Shown piece after piece: positions 24,571-36,377 of a stretch of DNA of 64,000 bases (positions within the stretch are counted from its first letter, which is position 1; every line of letters starts with the position of its first letter). The notes beneath the pieces are model-generated. The model had not been told where the DNA came from and did no database searches. It saw nothing but the letters and a program-made list of their open reading frames with translations. The DNA is taken from NCBI RefSeq assembly GCF_964355755.1, contig NC_092675.1, forward strand, positions 27,562,912 to 27,626,911, given 5' to 3'. Made by a program: the position numbers and the translations under genes. Source of the DNA: Antedon mediterranea (taxonomy: Eukaryota; Animalia; Echinodermata).

Positions 24571-26043
24571 TTCATTATTTGCCTAATGAGGCAGTATTGA
24601 AAAGGATGGCGCTGTTTTCCTTTGTTGTAGGTTTTGTTATTCAAACGTAAAATAACAATAGAATAGAACTAAAAAGCTATATTATTGTAATTGCTGTGAG
24701 CCAGGTCCTGTTGTTTGTAGGCCTATTATATTTGTCTATGAAATCTATCTGTCTATTGTGAAACCTATTGGAGTATGGTCAATATTTAACGAGATAATAA
24801 TGGGATTAAAAGTAGACTGAGTCATATTTTTACCCCTCCCATTTATTTGTGTTGTTGGATCAAGAGTTTTTAGATACTTTTTCAACAAGTTTGTTTTTAT
24901 GCGTTATAAGTTCAATTTTAAATAAGAATTCAAAATGAAAATGTTCTGGGACTGAATTTTACAACACAAAATAAAAGAGAGAATTTACTGGGAATTAAAA
25001 TAGGCAACAACATAGTATTTACATTGAAACATGAGTCAAATAAAAGTTTAGAATCTGACGACTGATCACTGCCTAACATTTCACTTCATTTCATTGATGT
25101 CATTGTCTACTGTAATTATAATTATATTTATAAACATTCAGAATGTATACCCAGGGAGTTATGATATGTATACATATATATATGAAATTAAATAAAAAAT
25201 AATTTGTTTTGGATAAATCAGTAGCACTCAATAAGCGGTGCATCCATGAAAAATAAATTTTTACAGAAAATACAAATCTATGCAAAACTGTTACGTTATA
25301 ATAGCAGGGAGTTGTAAATTAGCAACTCCCTGTAGTAGGATAGCGCGCCCTACGCCTTCTTTTCCCGCCAGTTCATCTCTCTCTCTCAGTTCTCCCAGAA
25401 TGTAAGTCTCAGCTGGGGTTGCCTAGTTTCCAAAGAGGTGAAACAGATAATAAACCGGCAACAAAATACTATTTCAAATTCGTTTTTTTTTAGAAACACT
25501 GACATTGCACAATTTTCACTCTTTTTCACGGACACGGCTTCTTCCAAACTCGTGTTTGCTTATCTAAAAGAAAATTGTTTTTAACCTTATATATTTATAT
25601 TTTAAGTTTTCTTCCACCGTTCCATTTTTAGTCAGTTGGCCTAAGTTTCCCTGTTGCTTTTTTTTTTTGGCTTTGCCTTTTCAATTTATTATTCATTGTT
25701 CTTCATTTCCTAATTGAAAGAACAAGGAAGAGTGTAAACTTCCCCTGGAAAGAATAAATATTTAGTTGAATTCAATTATATGTGTTTCCATCCCTTTTTT
25801 ACAGGCCTACCATTTATGTTGTTCCGAATTGTAGGCCTCTAATACATGCGGGCATAAATTACTACTCATTTTTGTCATTTAACATAATTCGATTCATGCC
25901 ATTAATTGTCATCATTTTAAACGAACTACATTTGAATTTAACAGTAATGTAATTGAAACTATTTCCTATTCCTTTTTTTCTAAAACTGAATACTCGTTTA
26001 ACGTACACCAAACACATCTACGGTATATCATAAATATTATATA

Positions 26044-26058
26044 TCGCCCCCTGGCGGC
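26044..26058 (-). promoter_or_regulatory. CTCF-like binding motif
   Basis: TCGCCCCCTGGCGGC (reverse GCCGCCAGGGGGCGA) is a near-consensus CTCF core set in very AT-rich DNA. Confidence 0.55.
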
Positions 26059-27696
26059 GGACTATACGTAAGGCTCTATTATTATTAATCATCCTGTTGG
26101 TTGACTATTCAACACACTCTGCTGTTTTCGATAGTTTTCTTTTGAAACATATTAATTTTCTTTCAATTTGTAGTTATTGTCCTGTAAATCTCATTTAATT
26201 CCATTCAGATCATTGCCGGCCAAGATGAGCTTTATTATTTATTATAATTAAATAACACTTAAAAAATATTGTCACCCTGAAAAACCAAAAATTGGATCTA
26301 AAAAAAAATTTACCTAAAAAAACTGTAATATTTAGCAATAAATTCTGGTTGAATTTAAGCATTTACTATGTAATTTTATAATTGAAACATTATTTATATA
26401 TTTTTATTTTACGGACTTTATTAAAACTATACAATAATAACCTATTCAACGTCTGATTTAATTAATCCTTATTTTTTTATGTTTTTGGGGGACAAATACA
26501 TCTTTAAACAACAAAAACAAGTGTAATAAACAACTTTCAAACGTTTCCTTTAAGCAAATCATTTTCTGTTGATGTCAGCATGTTTTTTGTTTATCGAAAA
26601 CTTATTATTTTTAATTTAAAGTGCGTTAAGAAGAGTTGTATGCGCTTCTTATAATAAGTTCACATTTATTATCATTATTACTACTAATACTATTGTTATA
26701 AATATAACTATGTACAGTTTAAATGCCCTTGTTAAATTAATTACGATAAACTTGATGTTACAATACATTGCATTTAAATTGTTAAAAACAACACCTAGTA
26801 GAGAGTCCTACGCTTTGAGTAAATTAAATAATAAGTGTCTACCTTTTTTTAGACCAGTAGTATTATGAGCTAATATAATTTAGAAATGCCGCCCTCTGTA
26901 ATGTAAGTGTCACAAAGTATCTTTGGTGTCACTGAACCCATAGAGATATTAATAATATCTCTATGCTGAACCAAAACAATTTTTGACATATTGCTATTAA
27001 AAAATAAAAAAAATAATTCATCTCTTGATTTATTTGAATAATAAGTTCATTTCGACAATGATTATGGACTCGTCGACAAGACTCTATTCGGTCAAACCAG
27101 GGAGTTGACTCCCTGGTCAAACCATCAAAACATCGAGTGACAGACGATAACTCTCATTCCTGGAAACCTACTGTCAGTCACACGCACGTCATGTGAGCCA
27201 TGACCAGCAGCTGACCACACCACACGTGCCTATGTGACGTTACTGTACATACTACCAGTACTGTATATGTATTTGATATAGTCATACCATAGAGAATGAT
27301 ATTATTCACTATTGTTCACTATAATATCTCTATGGTCATAATTAGTAATAAGTACCTATACTACTTATTTTATCCATGATGAATCCAATAATTTCCGTAC
27401 GAGTCTTTTCATGTTTAGTACTGTTGGTGTTACTTTAGTGGAGATGGATAGCCGAGTGGTTAGGACACCTTGAATGAACACGGACTCACCATACCTTTAC
27501 TGTACTACATTTTATGCAATGTTCTTTTAGATTTTAATGAATAATATCGGTAGGCCTAATAGGACTTAATCAGGAAAAAGTGAAATTACATTCTTCACTG
27601 ACACTGGTGGTAGAACCAATACAAGAACCATGTGGTAGATCCTGCCTACGTGTAATATTACGCAACCGTTGTACACGTGACGTACGAGATACTAAA

Positions 27697-27873
27697 GCTT
27701 GGTTCCCACTAGCGACGCAACGCAAGGACGTAACACAACGCAAGTGAATTGACCAATCACAAGCGATGGCTTATTCGCTTTTGATTGCTAACTGTCTATA
27801 ACTTCGCTTGTCATTGGTTAAAACGCTTCCGTTGCGTTTACGTCCTTGCGTTATGTTCTAGTGGGAACCAAGT
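27697..27873. mobile_element. MITE with long imperfect TIRs (PIF/Harbinger-like)
   Basis: CTTGGTTCCCACTAG...CGCAAGGACGTAA...CCAATCACAAGCGA is mirrored by TCGCTTGTCATTGG...TTACGTCCTTGCG...CTAGTGGGAACCAAG. Confidence 0.85.
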
Positions 27874-29609
27874 TTGAGAGAGATATTGCAAAACGGTACT
27901 ATGCTATTGCTAAGAACGATTTATGTTGGCCTATAGAGAATCCTTTCAGATTATTCCAGTAAATGTCATCAGAAGTCACTTCCTTATAACCCACATATCT
28001 ATACTTCCAATTGTCTTGTTTATTGTACAACTTCGCCGTTGAATGGCTTATAAACCATTTATTCATTTCCACATTACTAACTAATCATGATGTATTGTTG
28101 AAATTTCTAAGAAAAATGGTCATTTAGACCAATCCTTCTATCAATTTCTCAGAGGTACGGTCAGAAGAAATCTAGACAAAACACTATTTAAATATTCATG
28201 TTTTTCTTTATTATTTGTTCAAACTTCAAGGCTAACCTGTATGCATGACATTAACTTCTAATCTCAATTTAAAACCATAGAAGAAATAATGCAATATTAT
28301 TATTACAGTAATATTTATTATAAATAGGGTATTGCAAATGCATTCATTGAGGAGTCAATGATACATTATTTATACTAGATTAACTGGGTCATGGTATTAC
28401 CACAGTATTCTGGTGTTGTCCTACTCCTATATTGCATTAAGAATATCTGTAGGAAGGGAAACCCCACACAACACTGAATATTAACAATGAGATGAAAAGG
28501 TTACAGAACAGGGCAACATAGCAAACTAGTATTCAATATCAAAAATACTTATCAATATACTAGCAGTACTGTGGTTAACACACCATAAAAATAGACTAGG
28601 GCAGTACTGTGATAATAATAATATAATAATAATCATACATTAACACAAACCTAGACAGACACCAATCAACTAGCTTATTTAATATTGCAAATTAAATTCA
28701 TTTTTGCTATTTCAGTGAAATGACAATGTTACTGAATATGGTCATAAATATTTACTATTTTTACCATTGTTGGTCAGTACTGTGTGTTGTCCTAAGGTGT
28801 GTGGAGACAAATTTTTTTAATTAACACAAAGGTATACAATCTTTGAGTATGAGATATACCCACCAGGTGTACTGTAAAAGTATTTTAACTTATCTACCAA
28901 GTTTCGTCCAGCAATGCTTGGGGCATGAAAAGGTACAGTACAATGTTACATATAATTCCACTAATTAAGTTCGAAAGCGTATTACAGTATTACTATTAAT
29001 ATAGAAAATTATTTTAACAATAGCTCAGCTGTGGCTAATGACACAGGAGGTTTACAGTAGACAAATTAGCTAACAATGCCCTCTCATTGTGAAGTTGGAC
29101 CCTTACAATAATACAATGAATTTAACCACACTCTAAAGAGAACACGTAGAAACCTCTCTAGAGGTGGAAATGCAGAGAAATTCTTCATCATGCCAAAACC
29201 TAATCATTTCATACAAGACGCAATTTTAAATTACAACTTGCACGGCATCTCTTTTAGTTAGTTACCAATTTCCAATATAAATAGAATTTCAATTTAATAT
29301 AGAAAAAATTCAAAATAATAACCTTGTCAATAGAAAAGTATCAATTCATAAAAAAATAGTAAAAAACATAATCTAAAGTTGAGAAGGTGCGACTGTGTAT
29401 CTAAAAAATACCCTCACAATACCAATACTGACATTTCTTGCACAATAGTGCTATACAAAAAAATAAAGCTTTTTCAAACATTGTTTCATATCTTCAAGTT
29501 CAACACGGCTTTTCTTTTACGATCTCAAACAATAAATGTGAAATAGGACCGTCGTTTATATTAATGCCGACAACATCTTCACTATAATATAGCAATATAC
29601 TGGTAACAA

Positions 29610-31886
29610 TCAAAATTCCGATATCCGTCTTCCTCGTCGATATAATTTGTTCTTTGTGATCTTAAATCCGGGCCGTACAGTTGTCGTTGGTTCCGACCAG
29701 CTTCTAAATAAAGCTGGCAATTTTTTTACCAACCACTTTTGCGAGTCTATGTGCAGAATGAGTGTTAATTCAAAAGTTGTGACAGTGTTTGGATCTACTT
29801 GCACTTTGCCGACTTTCTTGCACATTGTCCCGTCCTCGAAAACGATAAATAACGTACATCCACGGATGCCGCACGGCTCGTTTCTCGACATACGAAGAGT
29901 GTCCTGAGCAACTTTACTCGGAAGATCGCACGGGATGAGTAATCTTCCTTGCACATGTTTTTCACGCACACATTTGAGTTCACTTAAAATAAGTTCTGTA
30001 AGATATTGCGACATTTTCTTCTCATTTAGATCTTCTTCAACACACATATGCTGTGCTGTATTTGATGCTTTAGAATCTGTAATGACAAAACGTTGAACCA
30101 GTTAGCATACAACAAAATATTCGGATATCAAAATCATGCAAAAGTTATATACTGTACAGCATAATCATTGACAAATCTAGAAATACGAGAGCAAAATTAA
30201 TATCATCTAATTACTGTAGTTTAAGTAGCTTTCACTGTGTATCACATGATTTCCTCATGTGCTGATGAGTCTTCCTATCTGCATAACAAATACAACAGCG
30301 GTTGAGACCCAGTAAATTTTTACAATTTCTATAAAAATCAATCATCTGCCTTATAAATATAAATGTCAATTGAATCTTGTGGCCTTTTTAATCATAATGA
30401 CAATATATATTATTCAACTATCCCGCAACTATAAAGTAAATTTATTTTCACTTTATACATCTAGTAGTAGTATGTTATAACAAAAGAACAAAAATAGCTA
30501 GTTGTGCAGAGCATTGGAAGGCTACCGATGGGAGAATAATAATAATGTACGAATTCATTGCATTATGACTCACACTTTCCAGGGTACAGAATAAGATTAC
30601 CTAGCAGAGTGGGAAATATAATACGATGTACGAGTATTGTGTTGATGAATTTTCAAAGCTCATAAACATACAAATACTTGCAATTTTAAATTGACAGGAA
30701 AACTAAGAGCTGGCAGTATTTTGCAATAATTTGCAAAAAATTGTTTTACTCATTTTTATGTTTCATACATTTGCATTGTTCGACAAGGTTCAAAGGTGTA
30801 AAACACTTCATATTAATTTCATTATATATAACTTTGACCACACTTGCCTTTTAAGATTACATCTAGTTAGGTGAAAATTCAGGAGAAAAATCACAAGATT
30901 AAAGCGAAAAAATATTGATCATTTGACCAAATTTAGTGTACTTCACCTAATGTTAATTAATAGCTGGTGTTTGGGTGCAAGACATTGACCTGCTATAGAA
31001 AAATTAATTAAAACCTGGATAGTTGTTTTATGGTTGAAATCATGTTTAAATAATGTTGGCATTTGATTTGAATTGTTAGAGCACAATACTACCACCGTTA
31101 CTATCTAATAATATTTTAAGTGTCAATGTCAGTAACAATAGCAGCACTATTTAATAATACAATTATATTTTTAGACAGTAAACACAATTGAACATTCTAG
31201 AAGCAAGTAAAGTACACACTACGTCCCTGTACTTTCCACACATAACTGTAAAATTGCACAATATTAACAATGGGCATTTCTAACCACAAACAAAAGGTGT
31301 TTTCCCAAAAAGACTCAACAGTGTATGAATCACCATTCACCGGCTTAAGTTATATTCACATGGTGAGCAAATGAAAAATGTCAAACACAATTTCTATTTT
31401 AAAATTAGTTAAAAAACAACAGATTTTATTTAAAAATAAAATTTAAATAGGCCTATATAGCCTTAGCCTAGGCTTATATTAGTATTACCTAGTCTAGTCT
31501 TTCTACTAGCCTAGGGCCTAGGCCCTAGTAGATCAGTGTAAATCGGGGCCAGGCCCAGCTCTGTTTTTTATGGTAGGCCTAGGCTAGTATACTAGGCCTA
31601 GTGCTAGTCTAAACTAGGCTTACTCAGAGTCAAGCAAGACCTTATTATGCCTCAGGCTCCCTGTTTTTTTTTGGATAAAAATTGTTTCTTGAATTCAGTC
31701 AAATTTCAATCATCAATAATGAAATAAAAAATACGTACCATTCTCATTTTCAAAGTTTTTGACAGTTTCAATAATTGAGAAAGAAGGCTTCGATCTTTCC
31801 TTGTTGTCTAGCATCTCATAAATTTTCATCGAAAGTTTTTTTAGAGGAGCACTCCTGCTTGCCTGGTCTAGACCATCCGATCCCAT
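29610..31886 (-). CDS. DDIT4: DDIT4/DDIT4L (REDD1/RTP801; scylla/charybde family) mTORC1 inhibitor
   Basis: Exon 1 31886-31739 (MGSDGLDQ...ENEN) splices in phase to exon 2 30076-29610. RTP801_C motifs: LLIPCDL, EPCGIRGC, DPNTVTTFELTLIL, GFKITKNKLY. Confidence 0.93.
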
Positions 31887-32179
31887 CAGCGACCTCGACG
31901 GTATGCTTCTCTGCTTTCTTGAGATTGATAGGCCTAGCCTAAATGTATAATATCCGGATTTGTTTGAAGATTCTTTAGATACGTAAATATTTCACAAAAA
32001 TACCATCATTTCTGCAATAAATTGCTAAAAAAATTCTTAAATTATAAAAAGATTACAAGAGGAATCTCCATCTAAAATGTATAGTAATAGCGCTACCGAA
32101 TTAGATGTGTACTCTGTTGAGTGTAGTGTACGTAGCTAGAGCAGAGAGCTCCTGCAGAAAACAGCTGTTAAAAAGAGGG

Positions 32180-32480
32180 GAAAACCATTTATTTGATTAT
32201 TCATGAGGAAATTTGCATGTTATCTTTGACCTTCAAATCTAACACTTGGGAACGCCCCTGGAAACAATTAAGCCAATCAGAACAACGAAAAGAAACCCTA
32301 TCTTGAAATTGCGCAACCATGATTCTTTTTGATTGGTTAGAAATATGAATGTGGTTGACGTGCAATTTGTACATTAATAAACCAGGGGTTAGAGGTCTGA
32401 GTGGAAACAATCTTTAACCCTGGGACAATGAACCGGAGTTTTCGAGTTCTTTGTCATATAATCAAGCAATTTTACGTGCA
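32180..32480 (-). promoter_or_regulatory. DDIT4 promoter: octamer, two CCAAT boxes, C/EBP palindrome, HRE/CRE motifs
   Basis: ATTTGCAT 32211, CCAAT 32273, TTGCGCAA 32309, ATTGG 32332, TGACGTGC 32356, TACGTG 32473. Confidence 0.6.
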
Positions 32481-35400
32481 ATTTTTCGCAATCGAACATG
32501 TTTACTGCTATTTCGTTTCAGAAAAGCAAATAATAAGTCATTACTGGTCATATACCCTATCCCACCAACACAGGGACAGACAATATACTTTTTAATTTAA
32601 TATATAATAATGTTTAGATATTATTCTTTGTTTGTACAATATACCTCTACTGTAAAACATAGTATATTTATTATTTAATAATCAACCATATAACTTACAA
32701 GAAATAAAAAATACAAATTAATAAATGCATATAATTCCAAATAAAATTGACAAAAAAGGAGGCTTACTTTCATTTTTCGGAGAAATAATCCAGATACTTT
32801 CAGAGTTAAGGCTGGTATAATCACATCGACGCTATCAATTTGCATACTGTAGTAGGCCCTAATAATTTGATACGTTATTTTAACTCTTTCTGACAAAAAG
32901 TTTGTTTACATTCGCTTATTGCCACGTAGGGCCTAGCCTAGAGGAAGGAAGTTAGTTGTTTTTTTTAAAGTCTGAATTAATCAAGTGGATTTTATTTGCT
33001 TCTATCATTTATTGTCATTGTTGTGTGATTATCCATTTTTCGAGTTGCAGTGATTTGAAGATCATCTTTTACTATTTTAGGTCTACTTCAGCTAATAGTC
33101 ATTCAAGCCGACGCTAATTGTAAAACTTAATTTGAATTTAGGAATATTGTTATTGCGCGGCTGCTTCTTCTCATATTGGACTACGGCGGCCTTTTCAATT
33201 TCTATACTTACATCATCATCATCGTGCTGCTCTGCTTAATTCTCCGACTTGGTAACACGCATGCGCCCTCTGAGTAAGAAAGGTGCCTGGGAGAATATTG
33301 ATCAGCTGTGCTGCTGCTAATAAATAAGCATGGCCAAACGTGTGTTCAGACACATAAGCCTTTATTCACAAAATATCGATGCAATCATTACTCCATGATG
33401 CAATGCAATATACAGTATTTAGGTGATCTCATTTTAACTTAACTTTGCATGCCTATGTGTTCTTAACTCCCTGATATATAAAAGTAAACCCATCAAGCAA
33501 GGAGTTAGCAAACCGTATAATTATTATGTGTTGCAAAAATCTCCGGAAAATGTAGCCTACTAGTACTACTTTAAAAAAAATCATTTTGAACTTAAAAGGC
33601 ATGATGGAAATTTCCCTTTTCCATTATTTAAGAGAACAATGGATAAACAATTACCATTATGTTAAATGACCATGTGCATCCTTAGAACTGTCAGAGAGAG
33701 GTTCAATATCAAGGGTATTCTTTTTATAGCCTCGCTTTCAGAACTGTCAGTTGTCAAGGATATTCTTTTAATAGCCGGCCTCAAAGGGGCATTAATCACA
33801 TGACAATGGCCCTATGGTCTACTGTGACCATCATGTGCGCTATGGTCTATTCCACGTGAACACCTCTTCTGCTCATGACCGGCCATTAGGATGGATATAT
33901 AGGCCTATTGTTTATACGTGTAATTGAATAAAACCCACTAGCTCAGTAGTTATATTATGGGTTCAAGCTGTTTCTGTCGATCGAATATTGTAGCAGTACT
34001 GTAGGCCTAGGTTAAATTTGTAAATATCATAATTATGCATAAAGTATCAAATTTCAAACATAATAGGACAGAGAGACCCAAGGATCCCCAAGGATCAATC
34101 AAATAGTCAATTTTTTTATTAAACAATACTCTAAAAAGTGTGAAAATGATCAAAATTTTGAATTGTCAACATAGGCCTATTATGTCTTCACTTCTCTTTA
34201 TTTGGAGTCACAGGCCCATGGTTTAAAACATACACACATACACTTTTTAGTCTTCCAAAAACGTTTATTTTATTATGACAGTACCTTCCCAAACATTTAT
34301 ATTCCCAAAAACTGGAATTTGTGATACACTTTCATACAATTAAAAAAGTTCATAAATAATAATTGTATGATTTACATCCATAATAATGTATTAAAATGAC
34401 AAATACATACATATTATCATTAAAAAGGTTAAAATGTCCATATTACAAACCATTCCAATTTATTTGTTATTTTGGCAAGTTCTATTAATACTCACACGAA
34501 GCACACAACAGAACATTACAATATATTGCAGATGATTTTTTAAAATTAAGATGTAAATTAAATTATTACTAGACTACAGGAATTAAAAATATAATTTTAA
34601 ATTTTTATTAATTGTCCAAAAACCACAAAAAAACCAGGACATATTTAGTAGATTACAGTATTCATCATATTAAATACATAATTACAATGATTTAAAATTA
34701 TGTATTTACACAATTTAATTGGATACTTTATATACATATATTAACACATTTTTCCAGGTTTAATAAATAGCAACCATGATTTCATTTTTTATTTCAAGAA
34801 CATTTATTAATTTCAATGGCATTTTAAAGACAATTATTGGATATTGTCACATGCAGGATCCCAGAGACTATGTCACCACACACTAACACATCATTTGCAT
34901 TGTTCAATACCAAAAGTGAGTTGTATCATAGATATATAGTATCTCTATGATATGGATATGATATGGTTGTATTATGACTAATACTGATAAGAATCTTTCT
35001 CAAAATCAAATACATAATTTATACATTATCTTTATGAAACTGAATGTTCTGTTTATGGAAAAGTTAGGGCTTATCAAAATAAAAAATATGTGGAAAAACA
35101 GGGAAGAAAAATTCTTTGCAGCGATAGATATGACAGTGCTATTGTAAGCTAGGCTCCTTGTATCTAAATTTGTCTAGCATTTCACAAATGGCAAGTTGCA
35201 TTTACAGTGCATGTGTACGTTCATAATTTATATATTTATTCTAAAAACAATAAAACACAAATAAAAAACAATAATTAATATTTATTTATAATGCTCTTAA
35301 TCTTATATGAAGAATAATGGCATACCGACACCTAGGGTATTAGTAAGGGCCTGTTTTTACTGAGAGAAAGTGAATACAGATTTAAACAACATACTTTTTT

Positions 35401-35807
35401 GACAACAGAAACAGGTCCACATTAACTAGACTGGTTTCCGAACCAAATTCAAAGAAACCATTATTTTGTAATTTTTTAAAGAGGAACAGGCCCTAAATCA
35501 TTCTATGATGAGGTACAACATGTTGATTAATTACTTATTTTATTCAATTTCAAACACAACAAAATAAAAGTAAATTTGTAACATTATAACAACTGTATTG
35601 TTGAAGTAGTAATGAGTTGTATCTAACACTGTTCGTACCAGGAATTCATCCTATACTACTGTAGCAGCCAGACTGTCACCAAATTTAAATTTAACATACT
35701 TTTAATGATGAAGGGGCTGTGATTATATATATATATATATCCGTCATACATTATTTGAATGAATGAATTATGTATAAATGTAATTTCAGTGCAATTTGCA
35801 ACTAAAA

Positions 35808-35998
35808 TACAGTCAACTCGCCAAATACCGGACACCTTTGGGCAAGCCACATATGTCTGGTTTTCCGGAAAGTCTGGTATTCGAAATTTGTTTTTAATTG
35901 TAAAAAGAGATTTAGGACCTTTTGGTTGTCAAGAAAAGTCTGGTATTGGGAGAGTTTCTGGTTTTCAGACAGTCCGGTATTGTGAGAGTTTGACTGTA
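35808..35998. mobile_element. Tc1/mariner (pogo/Tigger-like) MITE
   Basis: TA-CAGTCAA..CTC...AATACCGGAC at the left and GTCCGGTATT...GAGTTTGACTG-TA at the right, with TA flanks. Confidence 0.7.
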
Positions 35999-36034
35999 CG
36001 TTCATATTCATATTGTGGCAGTCATTAAATGTCA

Positions 36035-36240
36035 TTCCCAATATACAAGTTTTCAATTGGATTATATTTTTTTCCAATTGATTCATACTTCTTGGGATTT
36101 TTTCCATTTTTATATAATTTAATCACCTTTTTATACATTATGATTTATTATAAATCTCAAAAAGAAAATCTCAGAATTTATAATGTATTAATTTTAATAT
36201 AAAAGTGAAAGAAATAAATGTTTATTTGAATTGAATTCAT
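36035..36240 (+). repeat. Dispersed repeat (retroelement-tail-like), copy 1
   Basis: TTCCCAA..TACAAGTTTTCAATTGGATT...TTTTTATACATTATGATTTA...GAAAGAAATAAATGTTTATTTGAATT recurs at 42606-42840. Confidence 0.8.
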
Positions 36241-36377
36241 TACAATGATTGCAATTTACTTTGAACAGTGTTTATCAATATCATAATGAACAGAAATAAA
36301 TTATTTCAGTCAGTCACACAAAAAAATATTAAAATACAAATTCATTCGTTCATTTCAAACTTTGAAATTCAAAGACG

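Noticed and set aside
27438-27475. tRNA gene (GATAGCCGAGTGGTTAGGAC)
   Set aside because: Only an A-box/D-arm-like fragment with no B box or cloverleaf; probably a SINE head remnant.
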